Shown here: positions 52,047 to 64,000 of the stretch, piece by piece
Position numbering within the stretch: position 1 is the stretch's first letter
Layout: each line of letters begins with the position of its first letter
Assembly (NCBI GenBank): GCA_964187785.1
Contig: OZ076409.1
Location: forward strand, 27,530,001 to 27,594,000
Length of the DNA stretch: 64,000 nucleotides
Source: Amphiscolops sp. MND2022
Taxonomy: Eukaryota
Direction: 5' to 3'
Made by a program: the position numbers and the translations under genes
The notes under the pieces: model-generated
Told to the model about the DNA's origin: nothing
The model's input: the letters and a program-made list of their open reading frames with translations, nothing else
Databases searched by the model: none

Positions 52047-52250
52047 GCTATTTACAAGATGGTGGGCTCGGTCATGAAGATGCCGGAGGACGAATCGACG
52101 CCAGAGAAAAGGACGGAGAAGATCTTCAGACAAATGGACAAGAATGCGGACGGGAAGCTGTCGCTCGAGGAGTTTATAGAGGGTGCCAAGTCAGACCCCT
52201 CCATCGTCAGACTCCTCCAGTGCGACCCCAGTGGGGGCACTCAGTACTAG
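52047..52250 (+). CDS. Nca: Neurocalcin-like, coding exon 4 (EF4, stop). Joined CDS is 582 nt = 193 aa
   Basis: tttcag|[67 protein letters not shown] at 52262. Confidence 0.97.
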   Translation, partial: AIYKMVGSVMKMPEDESTPEKRTEKIFRQMDKNADGKLSLEEFIEGAKSDPSIVRLLQCDPSGGTQY

Positions 52251-52660
52251 TAGGCATGACCAATAAACTAGCCACTATGACGTCACTAATTATAAAAAAT
52301 ACAGAGCTTCCTTTCAAGGCAATCAATGTTCATTCATTGCAGCAAGTATTTTAAAATTGAACGAAGACATTGCGACTTCTTGTTGCAATACACGATGTAT
52401 ACTACACGCAGCAATGACCGCGTTGTTGATTGTTCGGACAAACAATGACGTGTGTTGATTTCAATTTGAATGTATTTGAAATGGAAAAAATGCTAAGATA
52501 CTGCCAAGTAGTACAACTGACGGCAGCTTCATTCAAAAAAAAAACGAACGTTTCACTTTTTCAATTCCTTCCTAAACTTGAGTTGTTTTACCCTCAATTG
52601 ATTTTGCAGTCAGTGCTTATGAAATAGAGACCGACCAAAATAGTGTCATTTCAGCGGTTC

Positions 52661-53258
52661 TTAGTCGACGCCTTATGAAATAAAAGGCGACTATTATAAT
52701 GACTTTTCGTCGTGTTTTTTCTCAATCCGGTTATACCGGACGCTAAAATATCCAAAATTTTACAAAAAGTACAAATTGGTCAATTAGCCGGAAGAGTGTC
52801 CTCGTTTCAATTTTCACATACTTATTTGGAATAAGTAAGTCTTTTCGAAACCTCGTTATTTTCGGAACTGTGAAACTTTTGTCCAAATAAATTCAATTTT
52901 TCAGAAGGCCCCGTTTGTTTATTTTTGGATAAGGAAAAAGCGTTTGTAAGCTCAAAGGGTCTCAATTTGGTTATTCTTTGATGTTTTCAGTAATACAAAA
53001 CGCTTTTCTGAGCACGAGATGCTTCCTTTGGGTATTTTCGGCACTGCAATATTTGAGAGATTTTACTCAAAAACGCCTCAACGTACGAATCGAGAGAGAG
53101 CCCAAAACAGGACAAAGGACCCCATTTGTTTTCTTGACATTTTAGCATGAATTGCTGAGCTTCATGAGAATAAAACGTCCTTTTTGGGTATTTGGAACTT
53201 TACGAGTGAAATTGAAGTATTTCACGCTTTTTCAGCCTTGAGCGGGGCACCGACTGTT
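52661..53258 (-). mobile_element. Degenerate Helentron/DINE-1-like element (family A)
   Basis: ttagtcgacgcc...ggcgactattataatgac start and gccttgagcggggcaccgact end. Confidence 0.55.
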
Positions 53259-54333
53259 GCTATTCTGCTCAAACTGCAAAGTTCTGAAAAGTGAATTTTT
53301 CAACAATTTTAGGATCAAATCTAAAAGGGGAAAAACAAATTACGTCAAATACGTATTAAGGTTATTTATTGGTCATTCCTGAATTCTAGGCACGCCCTAG
53401 AGACCAAGTTTCTTACCATAACCGTACCATCCTTCCTTCTGTTTTCCCAACTACCTTTTCCACTTCTGTGACGTAACAAATGACGCAATTTATGACGTCA
53501 CGTCGGCTGGTTCGTAGTGTGCGCTCTCGGCCGACTGAAGAAGTTTCATGAGTCCTTATGGACGTTACGACACCAACAAGCTCTTACTCTCACTAGCTCG
53601 ACGATACCCGAAGTACACGTGAGAGTGACATATGCAATCATTACTTCTTGCTCTTGAATGAATAACTTTCCCTTTATCTAACTGGCAGACAATTGACTAT
53701 AGAACACTGATGAACTTCGTTGATCCTAATGTTGAATTTCCCTCACGGCTTCAGTCTGATTCAGAGATATTGACTTATTGAGTGGATAGTTTTATACTTT
53801 GTAATAGTATCATAAGGTTTGAGCAATTGGAAATGTATATTATTGGTTTGAATTGATTCAGTTTTGACAATAAATTATTTCATGCATTCGTAATTGATGC
53901 TTCTTTTCAAGCAGAGACAATTCAAAAGATCAGTGAATACTTCTTGTTAAGTTTTTGGCGCAGAACTAGACAGTTTTACCCGTACTTCATTTCCTTTCAT
54001 TTAATGATTCACACTTTACATTATTACACACCTTCATGTATTTTCGGCACTGTGAGACTTTTGTTGAAACAGAACCAAGAGACCACTTTTGGTGTTTCAG
54101 CATTTAACGCTTGTTAAGTATTCAGAGATGCGCTTTTTCAGATTTTTCCTTACTTCAATTAACCTTCAATTTAAGTTAAATTCGAAAAAAAATGGTTCCT
54201 CCAAGAATTAACTAAATCTTTAAGTAACTTAACAAATCATAAAACTTTGTGACCTTGTCAGTTCCGAAAGCACCTTAGTGAAAATTTGTCACATATCTTG
54301 GGTCAAACTATCTATATATGAAGAAAAACTTGT

Positions 54334-54496
54334 TCAAGATATCAAGTTCAAGCTTTGTGCGTTATGTAATTCCTCGTCCGCTGCATGCTGTATGCGTGGG
54401 TACTCTGGCGTTGGGAACACGCCCCGATTTCTGAACACTTCTTTCGTGCAGTCTTTCGATGCGAACATGGACTTGTTTTTGCCTTCTTCGTAGTCT
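54334..54496 (-). CDS. SPMIP1-like, exon 4 (stop). Joined CDS is 630 nt = 209 aa
   Basis: tttcag|a DYEEGKNKSMFASKDCTKEVFRNRGVF...NLIS*, with an F...GVF motif. Confidence 0.82.
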
Positions 54497-54856
54497 CTGA
54501 AACAAACTAATTGTAGGACAAAAGTTGAAATTGACATTGGAGAAAGTTTATCCTGTTTGCTTCTACGTCAGTATAACCTCGACAGTGTACGATTTCTCCA
54601 CCACGAACAATAGGCGCAACTCAAATCAGTTTTCTGTTCCTGAAAGTCCTTTACCTAAAATTTCAAATGAGTGAGAGCGCCACCCCAGAGACGCGGGCCC
54701 GGCCTTGCCGGGCCTTTCAACTACCAATCGTACTCTTAGCTGAAGTTTCATTGAAAAAACTTCTATATGCGTTTTCAATGGTGGTCTATGTTACTAGAGT
54801 GGGATTGAGAAACAATTTTTTTGCAAATATTCACTTTTCCAGGTATTGTTTTGCCG

Positions 54857-55391
54857 CGTACGGCGACAACTCATATCAAGCGACAACTCATATCAGGCGA
54901 CAAGTCATATCAGGCGACAACTCATATCAATTTGAAAAAGCGACAACTCATATCAGGCGACAACTCATAACAGGCGACAACTCATATCAATTTGAAAAAG
55001 CGACAACTCATATCAAGCGACAACTTATATCAATCAAAACTCATATCAGAAAACTAAAATCGACATAAAAAATTTCTTCCAAATGATTCATCAGACAATT
55101 GGAGAAAATCAGATAATCAGATAAAGAAATTTTTAGAAATAAGATAGTAACAAGATTTCACGGTAAATATCAGTGTAAATTTGAAATTCTAATAGCAATT
55201 AATTATGTTTACTAATAATTTGTTCTTAAGTAAATTTTAGGTATTTGTAACCTATTGGCAAATTTGATATGAGTTGTCGCTTTTTCCTAATTTATATGAA
55301 TTATCGCTTGATATGAGTTGTCGCTTTTTTCAATTGATATGAGTTGTCGCCTGATATGAGTTGTCGCTTGATATGAGTTGTCGCTATGTCG
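54857..55391. mobile_element. MITE with inverted arrays of GCGACAACTCATATCA
   Basis: Forward repeats at 54861-55050, inverted repeats at 55265-55385, and an 8-bp direct repeat ttttgccg on both flanks. Confidence 0.82.
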
Positions 55392-55717
55392 TTTTGCCGG
55401 TGGCTCGGAAAAAACTCTGTTGTCACAAATAACAACTCAGCGCAGTCAGTCCAAAAGATTGTCGAAAAGATAGATCGTGTTTCGTAATTTTTTAATGATT
55501 GCGAAAAAATTCGCTGTCCTCATTTGAGGCCGAAATCACACTCGAGGATATGAGTCATACTATGTTTCTAATTTGACTGTACTGTTAATAAGTTTACAAA
55601 AAAGGTATCAAATTCTGTCAGCAGATCGAATGAAATGGAAAAGAAGTCACTTGAGTTCGAACCCATAAAAAGACAATCATTTGATAGTTCATGCAAGAAA
55701 CTCCAATAAAAACCAAC

Positions 55718-55824
55718 CTGATTCTCCACCCGTAGTCGTGTGATGCCGTCTGTTCAAACTCGTATTTCTCATCAGGTTCCAAACACTGGCGCAACTTTAG
55801 ATACAACTCCCTCCCATAGTTCTC
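55718..55824 (-). CDS. SPMIP1-like, exon 3 (conserved core)
   Basis: ttgaag|ENYGRELYLKLRQCLEPDEKYEFEQTASHDYGWRI ag|gttggt. Matches the GR..YL..R....PEEK......S..YGW signature. Confidence 0.85.
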
Positions 55825-56049
55825 CTTCAAAAAAGATGAAACAATCGAAACTTTTATTAGACAAGGCTTTGCATTCAGACTAAGATGGAGCCACAAAGTA
55901 TCGAATATTCTGTCAAAAAAAGCTTCACAATTCTTTATTTTCGAATTTGGAACCTGCGCTATTTTCTGGCGCTTTTTTCGAAAATACAGGATATTAAACA
56001 GTGGCGAGCGTCCCTTGTCAGTCCACGGACCTCACACTGATTGAAAACT

Positions 56050-56108
56050 TGGTGTAGTGGTTGGGATGCGTGCTTCATACACAGGTTCGAATCCCGAGCA
56101 AGGCTAAG
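56050..56108 (+). mobile_element. tRNA-like SINE head (similar heads at about 46150-46210 + and 1025-1110 -)
   Basis: tggtgtagtgg A-box and ggttcgaatccc B-box, but no complete cloverleaf. Confidence 0.5.
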
Positions 56109-56470
56109 TTATTTCGTTATGTTTGCAAATTTAGACGGAACTTATGGAATCAAAATTTTGAAAGCCTAAATGAAAACTAGATGAAATCAAATGGAATGAA
56201 GCATATCCAACATTATTTTTATATCTTTTAAACAGGTCCCTATGTAGCTGGAGCAACATAAATAAGTTCAACAGCTTCAAGATATTAGTGTAGGAAATAA
56301 AAATAGAAAACTCGAGAAGACAATAAAAAATTATCTGATCAAACCCTAGCTCGGGCGACTAAAAACTTGCACATTCTTGAATATTCACCTTCGTTTTTAA
56401 TAGCGTTGAAAACCATTCTGAAAGGAAAGTTTGGTCATTATTATATTAATCGTATATTTTTATCTTCATA

Positions 56471-56880
56471 AAACAAGTCGGGAACGGCAGAAAGCTTGAA
56501 TATCTGAGCAAAGTGTTCCAAACTTTTCAAAACTTTCAAAACCTCAAATTGCCAAAATAGTTCCAAGGAGAACGCTTCCCGCTCAAAAAAACTTTTTCCT
56601 ACCTAATATCTGCAAAATATCGAGGACCTTTTTCGAGAAAAAAAAGTTCTGCAACAAAGTTAAAAAGTACCAAAAAACCAGTACCGGGACCCTTATAAAG
56701 ACCCTAGGTCTGATAAATTTGTAACCTTCATATATATTTTTAAAAAATTGAAGAGGTTTTTATCCTATTGCCTTCTATAAGATCGTAGGCGTGTTGTAGA
56801 ACTTTTCGGAAAAAATTGTAGGAAACGACAGAAAGCGACTATAATTGTCGATTTATATTTTATATTGCGCCGACTAAAAA
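56471..56880 (+). mobile_element. Helentron/DINE-1-like element (family A)
   Basis: aaacaagtcgggaacggc...gactataattgtcg...gcgccgactaaaaa. Confidence 0.65.
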
Positions 56881-57587
56881 CCCAATAAGTTCCGTGCAGA
56901 TTGTCTATCGCAAACAGCCAGTGACCACCGATGAAGACTGTTTCAGATCATCGGTCGCTATTTCCAACGTGGCCACCGCTGCTAGTTTCGGAAGAACGTT
57001 GCAAATGTTAATTTCAATGATATTGATGATATTGAATCGGAAGGATCAGAACTACCTTTGAATTGTTAGGGACGGTTTTTGGAACCGGTAGAATGCGGTT
57101 CATTGCGAAACCGGAGCGAAGTGCCCCCAATGACAAACATCTTGCGTACTGTAGCGTTTTCCAATTCGCCTTGTCAAAACTTGATATCATTCCATTTCTT
57201 TTTCTCTTTTTTTTTCATTTTCTCTTCTGAACTTCGCCACCTCGCATTTAGAAAAAGAAGGAAATGAAACCGCTGTAAGAAGACATCAATACTTTTTAAC
57301 AACACTTTGTTTACCATCTACACTATCGCAATCCGAAGTGTTGATTATGCTGTAAATAAAAAGGAACGCAAATTGATATCAATTGGTAAGTTGAACCGCA
57401 GCTGTGTAATATTTTTTTCACCTCAGTTAGCTTCTACGTTGAAAATCTGGACACAATCCGGCAAATCCGTGGAAATCCGAGCAAGCTTTACGGAGAAACG
57501 TTCAAAAAATTTTACGAGGTTATTAGATCCCAAGAATGAAAACAGGATTCTGCAACCATGTGTAAAATGCCAAAAAATCGATGTTAC

Positions 57588-57813
57588 CTTGAGATATTCG
57601 TTCACACAGGGGTCTACGGGCAGGGTGGGTCTCCACTCCATGGGCGGGAAGGGCTCTCTTAACTTCCTCCTCTCAATGGCATCTGGTCTACTCTTTTCCA
57701 GCTTTTCCAGCTCTTTCTGAATTTTCTCGACTCTCTTCTCCGAGTTACGTTGTTTAATCTCGAAGTGGTTCTCGAATTCTTCACGGGAGTAGGGCTTGAA
57801 CATAACTTCGTAC
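57588..57813 (-). CDS. SPMIP1-like, exon 2
   Basis: ttaccag|g YEVMFKPYSREE...PVDPCVNEYLK|gtaaca. Phases match on both sides. Confidence 0.82.
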
Positions 57814-58261
57814 CTGGTAACGAAGTTCAGGCAACTAATTCCGATAAGACTGTGTATCTCCTGGGTATCTATCTGTAGTTTGAATTGAGAAAATAATGAA
57901 AATGATGCTTCCTTGAATTTCAGTTTTTTTTTGCATCCATGAAAATACATCAGACCTTGGTTAACAAATGCCGAGTACCCGAAACGACACCGACCTATAA
58001 AAGCAGAACTGCTTATTCGGCGTCCACTCCGTCCAAATTGGGAAATAAACTTTCAAATTGAAAAATTTTCAAGGAATATGCAGCACTTTATTGTCAAACG
58101 TCATTTAAATTCCAGTGAACTTCAATTACTGAGTAGTAAAATTAAAAGTTCGAAAAACTTCAAGACTAATTGCTTAGAAAGCAATTGAAAGAATTCGATA
58201 TTATTTTTCTTATTTCAGTTTCCCTTTCTTAAGATATGTTTGAGCTTTTGGCCTCTATTAC

Positions 58262-58395
58262 CTTGTGCTGTCTTTTCGGAGGTGGCCATACTTGATTGGC
58301 CAGTTGAGTCGTGCCCACAGCTCCCGTTCTATTCGATGGGCCCACTGTCTGTCGGCTGCTACCCCGATCTTCAACCTCGAGTGAGAGCCAATCAT
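58262..58395 (-). CDS. SPMIP1/ATP6V1FNB-like microtubule inner protein, exon 1
   Basis: MIGSHSRLKIGVAADRQWAHRIERELWARLNWPIKYGHLRKDST ag|gtaat. The W...IE.E...R..W..KYG pattern fits the family N-terminus. It is too short for the ORF track in this frame. Confidence 0.8.
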
Positions 58396-58469
58396 CGTTC
58401 GATGTTACAATTCGCAAATTTTCACAACTTTGTACCGAGAATCTTTTGTATATTTCTATAAATGTAGGA

Positions 58470-58560
58470 ATATGTGCACGTGCTTGATGTTATGTAATCG
58501 TGACGTCAAAAGTGGATTTTTAAAAAGTGGAAAAGTTGCTATTACAGTTGCTTGTGTTCT
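58470..58560 (-). promoter_or_regulatory. Candidate proximal promoter of the SPMIP1-like gene
   Basis: E-box cacgtg (58477), CRE tgacgtca (58501-58508) and two RFX-like GTTGCY half-sites, 80-160 bp upstream of the ATG. Confidence 0.35.
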
Positions 58561-58752
58561 TTTTGCGCCCCACCCGGACCACCGCCAATTTTTTTTGAAA
58601 AATCTGTGTAAATATTGGCTCTTTTCTGTTTTCCCCCATCATCAAAATTGATTGAACGAAATTTACAAAAAAAAATTCGAACTGGTTGAATTCGAAGTAA
58701 AGTTTTTCACATAACAGGAGTTAACTTCTATAGGAATAGCTTTTCGCTTTAA

Positions 58753-59271
58753 CCCGGAATGGATGTGGAATTTTCTGGATCCATCGAAAAATCGGTTGCT
58801 TAAACTCTAAACCGCAATATCTCCCAAGCTATTCAAGTCCGACAAACGATTTATACAGCGTTCGAAAGAGGAGCATCAGGACTTTCAAATCAATATTTAA
58901 ACTGCTAGGCTGGGGGCCCGCTGGCTCCAGACTTTGCGCCAAAACTTTTCACGCGTGGTGTCTCTGGCTGCAGTTCAGCTTGTTTCAATACATGTCAGGG
59001 CCCTTTTGACCAAATCTTGTCCCCAGTGTGACAAAGTGGCCACACAAGAAAACAGGAAAAATCGGAAATTTCGCGCTATTTTTTAAATTTTTTTGGTCCC
59101 TTTTCTTGATTTTGGAGGCATCAAATTAACAATCCGTGAAAATGCGTGCAATGCTATGTACTTTTGTCTGAAAGTCTTATACAAGAGTTTTCTTTACCAT
59201 ACGGTGCGCTGGTGCTTTAGAAGTCTGCAGATCTTCAGTGGTGCAAATACGTACCGCGATGCTAATTAGGG
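58753..59271. mobile_element. piggyBac-like MITE, copy 2
   Basis: ttaa|ccc...ggg|ttaa, similar to 24909-25430. Confidence 0.82.
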
Positions 59272-61083
59272 TTAACAAAAAACTTTTCACACATTTTGAC
59301 TGTATTTATGTTCAAATTTAGCTGTTTTTAGTGACTTAAAACAGGAAGATGTTGTTCAACAAGAGTTTTCAACAAGAATGCGTGACTTCATGAGGAAAAA
59401 TAGTGTGAACAAAGTTTGAATTTAAATTTTAAACTGTGGTTCTGAAAATAAATAGAAGGAAAGATTTCTAGTTTAGTTCTAAGACTTTATATTTTAATAT
59501 TTTAACAAAAAATTTTCAGAAACAAGTGGTGGTGAGGGTTTGGTGAAACAGAAAAGAACCGAAATATTACAATAAAAAAGACTAAACACCGCAACAAAAA
59601 GCAGAAACTTTGACATTAATTTCACGGCAGTTATAAAAACCCAGTTTTGAAAAGGAAATCAACAGCTTCGTGTTTTGAGTCACAAAAACAGTTAAGTTTC
59701 AACATAACCACAGTCAAATTGAGTTGTTTGCTCGAACAACTCTTCAAATAGAAGCTAACTTCCTGCTGAGAACAAAAGTTTTCGTCCAATTAGACCATTT
59801 TGAAATAATTTCCCCAAATTTTCCACTGATGAAAATTGATGGGACAGAAAAAAATCATTGCTTGTTTTTAATGAGCGTTTTTTTCTCGGTTCTTTTCAGT
59901 TCAAGGCCCACGTCCATTGTATTAGTTTCTTGTTTGACTCAAAAAAGGAAGCTGTCCTAATCAAAAATACGTGACTTCTTGAGGAGAAAAAACGTGAACA
60001 AATTTTGTATCTGGACCATAAACTGTCACCTTGAAAATATCTTTAATATCGAAGGACTCATTTCTGGTTTCTAGTTTTTTGGGTCTTAATTTTTTCACGA
60101 AATTTCCTTTTCAAAAACAAGCGGTGGAGGGAACAGAACAAAACCTTCTTTTCTAGTCTGCGTGTAAGAAAAAGGCCGATTCTTCAGTTGCAAGTAAGTT
60201 TGTTTTCTTTGTTGTTTTTGACCGACCACAAAGTATTTGTTCCATTTTTTACAGACTAGAAGTAAAAGATTTTAGGAAAATTCAAAAACTACGGAAGTTT
60301 TTTAAGTTTTGGTTCTTTTTAGTTTTTCCTCACACTTATATTTCTTTTGGCAATGAAATGAAAAAAGTGTTAGGACAAAAAGACTAAAATCTAAACAAGA
60401 AACCTTTTTCATTTTAGGAGACAGTTTAGGATCCAGGTTAAAATATTAGTCACATTATCTGATGTTGTAACTATCGTTCCTAGTTCCATTAGAAGAATTA
60501 TCAATGCCATTTGTTGGATTAGTTATTACTATTGTTTATTACCGTGGGGTGGATGTATAGAAGAATAGATCCAACTGTTTTGTACCGAATCCGAAAACAC
60601 GTTTGGGATCAATTCAAAACGGATCATAACAGAAACAACCCCTCCCAATATTTTGTAGAGATATTTAAAGAATCCAGAAAGAAGTTAGAACTAATAATCA
60701 TGAGTGTTTGAAGAATCCAGAAAAGCCTGTGAAGAATTCAGAAAAGTGTTCAAGAATTCAGAAAAGTTTTCAAGAAATGAGAAAAGTTTTCAAAAAATGA
60801 GAAAAATGTAGAAGAAAAACCAAAATGCGAAGAAACCTCACACTAATGATGTTGCATGTGCAGCATAGATTATCATTATTATGAAGAATCCACAAATCAG
60901 TTTTCTCACTTCTTGAAAATTTCATTTTTGCACTGCTAATATTAGTGTGTGAATTCTTCAATCATTTTGGCGGCACTGCCATTTTCTTTGAAGTGCACAA
61001 CTTTTGTGAATTCTTGAAAACACATTTTGGTAGGTGAGAAAACCAACTTTTGTCAATTCTTGAAAAAAATCAAAACTTCCCAG

Positions 61084-61888
61084 ATTGGCGTCGTAATGAA
61101 GCTGAGTCTGTCGATATGTCTACATTGGTCCCTGTAAGTATTCAGCCATAGAAGCACTTCATTCAAAAACAATTTTTTTTCATTTTTTGAATTTGATTCA
61201 GAAAAAGTCAGTTTTTTCTCAGAAATCATTTTTTGAGTGATGAGTTATGCGTCATGAGATGTGTCATATGTGATGAGTCTCATGAGTCATTTTTTAATTT
61301 TCAGAAATCGGTCGAACGAGTACCGGTGAAATACTTCCCTTGCATAAATGGGATACTTCAAATTGGTGCCAAGGTCCTTGATCACTCTGGTGAGGAGGCA
61401 ACAGTGATCGAAATGAAGTCAACTTACAAAAAAGACAAGCATATTGTTTTTGTGACAATGGTGTCCGAAGAGTGTGACGATGTTACTGTGACCATGCCTT
61501 CGACCATGGTACAACAAAGAACGCAACTATTTATTAAAAATTACCCACAAGAATTTGATACAGGAACTAATTCACCCCATCGATAAAGTGTGTGGCATTT
61601 ATTCAGCTGTGAAGCATGCAGTGGGTATGGCTCTAGGGTCCAAGTTTGGCTACTCCGGGATTATTTGCATCGCTAACGATTTTGCAAAAAGAAGCCTCGG
61701 ATTCGAAAATGAGAAAGATGTCATGTTTTCAATTCAAAATCCCTGCACTGAAATTTGATGCAATGAATCTTGGGACTCAGTTCTCGGCAAATCTTGGGAC
61801 AGAAGACCAGGTTCATACGAAGAAAGCGATAAATACATCAAGTCAAGAGATTTTATATCCGGAAAATATTCAGCATGTCCTTCATTAA
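61084..61888 (+). pseudogene. Intron-containing, frameshifted gene relic of unknown family
   Basis: Exon 61084-61133 (cag|...|gtaagt) splices in frame to 61305 (ttttcag|KSVERVPVKYFP...), then three overlapping ORFs. Confidence 0.45.
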
Positions 61889-63059
61889 ATGTGGTTTGGT
61901 GACAATTGAAGGGGTGTATCCAGCTTCAAGCTACCGAGAAGTAATTCGATACAATTTGCAAGAGGCACAATTCGATTATTTGATGTAGTCGTGAACATCA
62001 GTCTGTACTCTGGTAAACTTCAATGAAAAGTATTTTCGTGTTCAAATTTTTGACTCAAATTTAAATTAGTTCTACTGTTTCTTTTACACTCCTGGTTTAA
62101 AAGTTTCTGAAAACTCAAAGAGTGACTCGAAGAGATAATAACAATTAGGATGGTCTAATTCGTTTTCCGGAACCTGAGTCATGTGGCCAAAATCGATGAG
62201 GTTTGAAAGTTCAAAGAGTGACTCGAATTCAATTTCCTTTTGCTTTTGTTGCTCCTGCTGGTTTCAGACAACTGGTTTCTTATAATTCATTGAAAGACTC
62301 GATTTCAATTGAAGTTTTTCCTTTGTTGCTCATAGATTAGAAATATTTAGTAATTCTTTGAAAGACTCGATGTCAATTCAATTTTGCTTTTGTTACTCAC
62401 GGTTTAGAAACTTTTGACAAGTAGCTTTTGACAAGTAACGAAGTAAAAAGCTAAAATGGAGGTGCTATTGGTTCAGAAAAAAATCTTTGCTGCAATAAAT
62501 TGAATTAATCATTCAAAAAATCTAGTAAAAGTCTCAATTAAAAATTAGTTTAGCACCTTAGAATCTAGCTGGTTCAGAACAATTTAACCTGAGCAATCAT
62601 TGTAAATCTTTATTTTAATTTTAACAATGATTCTTCCGTTGATTTGATGAAAAAATAATTATCAACTGATCAATTAACCTCACTATTGTAACACTTGAAT
62701 AAGAATTCGGGAAAATTTTCTAAGAATCCAGACAATTTCCAAGAATCAATAACATTTCCAAGAATCGACAAAATTTTCAAGAATCGACAAAAGTTCGAGA
62801 ATCGACAAACTAATGTTAACACATTATCTCCATGTATAAAAATTAGTGTCTAGATTCACGAATGTCTTTTTCTCGATTGTTGAAATTAGTGGAAATACAT
62901 GCGCACTATTGTTTTCTCAATTCTTGACTTTTTTATGCGGCATAAACAATTCCTTTGAAGTTCAAATTTCAAGAATTGGGAAAAAATTCACTTCGCTGCG
63001 TTAAACTACCACTTTTCTTGATTCTTGAAAAATTGAACATTTCCCACTTTGGCCCCGTA

Positions 63060-64000
63060 ATGACGATCTCTTCATATGTCCCGTTCTCCATATTGACAGA
63101 TCGTTTCAGTTTTGGAGGCAGTGTTGCGTATAACAAGCTGTCAATCATGCTTTTTGCATTTTCACCAAAAGCTTTTTCTGCCCCTTTATTTAATTCCTCC
63201 AAGAAATCCGGCAGTTTCATGGTATTCGGGTCAAAATTGAGCCGATGCCATTTGTGTTTTGCTGTAGCCTGGCATTCCGGCTTGACATATTTTCTCCGGA
63301 ATATGACCAGCACATCCTCGAGTGTTTGACGGTTAATTGAGTTTATGTTCCTAATTGTCTGCCGGGCCCCTTTCCTGAGCAAGGAATGAAAATGGTTAAT
63401 TTTCTTTTGCTCTGTCATGGCCGGTTGCATTTTGATCATTGTGTGGAACAAGTCCTCAAAAAGTTCAAATTTCTCGCTTTTTCCATCAAACGTCATTGGC
63501 GTGGTTTGGACTGGTCGGATGGTCATCGTTTGTGGTTTGTTTTGCAGACTGACCAGGACGTCTGCCTACCTGTTCAATGGGTCCTGCGGTGCGTCATGTA
63601 CCTCTGTTTCTGGGGCTGGTAGGGTCGTCTCCAGGGAGACATTGTGGTTTGATTGTTGCCTCTCCAGGTTCTGGATTGAGTGGATTCGTCCAGTCAGAAA
63701 GTCGGGAATTTGCTGTTGGGCGTCGTTAGCTCCTGTCACCATGTAAGAGCCAGGTCCCGTGGTGTCTCTTAAATCACCTACGGACCGTGAGTCCTTTTTT
63801 GTTATTTTTGATTTCAACCCGGGTCGATTTTTCCTGTTTTCCTGGCTACTAGGGGACATGCTGGCCTCAGGGTCCCTGTTCCCTGAAGATGACATTGAAC
63901 TCACAAAATTTTGAATTTCTGGGATCACTCTTTCTGATATAGCAGTGTTTATCGATCTGTTTAGTTGATTATGGACTATGGACATCATGGAATTCATTTC
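63060..64000 (-). pseudogene. LTR-retrotransposon gag fragment (runs off the window), truncated by another repeat
   Basis: TFDGKSEKFELFEDLFHTMIKM...KINHFHSLLR...FRRKYVKP...W..L.FDP is a retrotransposon gag-like pattern, with an internal stop at 63566. Confidence 0.8.

Noticed and set aside
53530..53572. Hammerhead ribozyme-like text (ctgaaga; atgagtcc-ttat-ggacg)
   Set aside because: The essential GAAA after stem II is gtta, and CUGANGA is not adjacent to that stem.
54861..55050. Short regular repeats resembling a CRISPR array, and ORF 54667-55068
   Set aside because: No unique spacers. The repeats are mirrored by inverted copies with a TSD, so they are MITE subterminal repeats in a eukaryote.
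56050..56108. tRNA gene
   Set aside because: A and B boxes are present, but there is no acceptor stem or anticodon arm. Treated as a SINE head (same for about 46150 and 37282).
56921..56958. Hairpin accgatga...tcatcggt as a miRNA or ribozyme
   Set aside because: The stem is too short and no catalytic core is present.

Overview
AT-rich, repeat-dense animal genomic DNA (not prokaryotic), with a 200-N scaffold gap at 11327-11526. Two spliced host genes can be reconstructed by hand. The first is a 4-coding-exon neurocalcin/hippocalcin-like neuronal calcium sensor on + (22798-52250, 193 aa, introns of about 0.5, 12.4 and 16 kb). The second is a convergent 4-exon SPMIP1/ATP6V1FNB-like ciliary microtubule-inner-protein gene on - (58395-54334, 209 aa). 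The rest is mostly transposon-derived: a young full-length but ORF-disrupted Mag-type Ty3/Gypsy element (11529-17461), an older tandem Mag-type element (40711-45620, -), scrambled Gypsy and gag fragments, a LINE 3' end, many Helentron/DINE-1-like non-autonomous elements, CACTA/EnSpm-, hAT-, piggyBac-, Kolobok- and Tc1-like MITEs, tRNA-derived SINE heads, two unrelated ~171-bp tandem arrays and several long palindromes. The most notable oddities are a GG (not GT) donor on the first coding intron of the calcium sensor, a WLDD RT catalytic motif plus two unexplained pol extensions in the young Gypsy, an added CxxC in EF-hand 1, a structured ncRNA-like island at 53468-53764, and a templated inverted insertion in a gag relic. 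I found no convincing novel multi-gene system. All family assignments come from recall of motifs, not from database searches.
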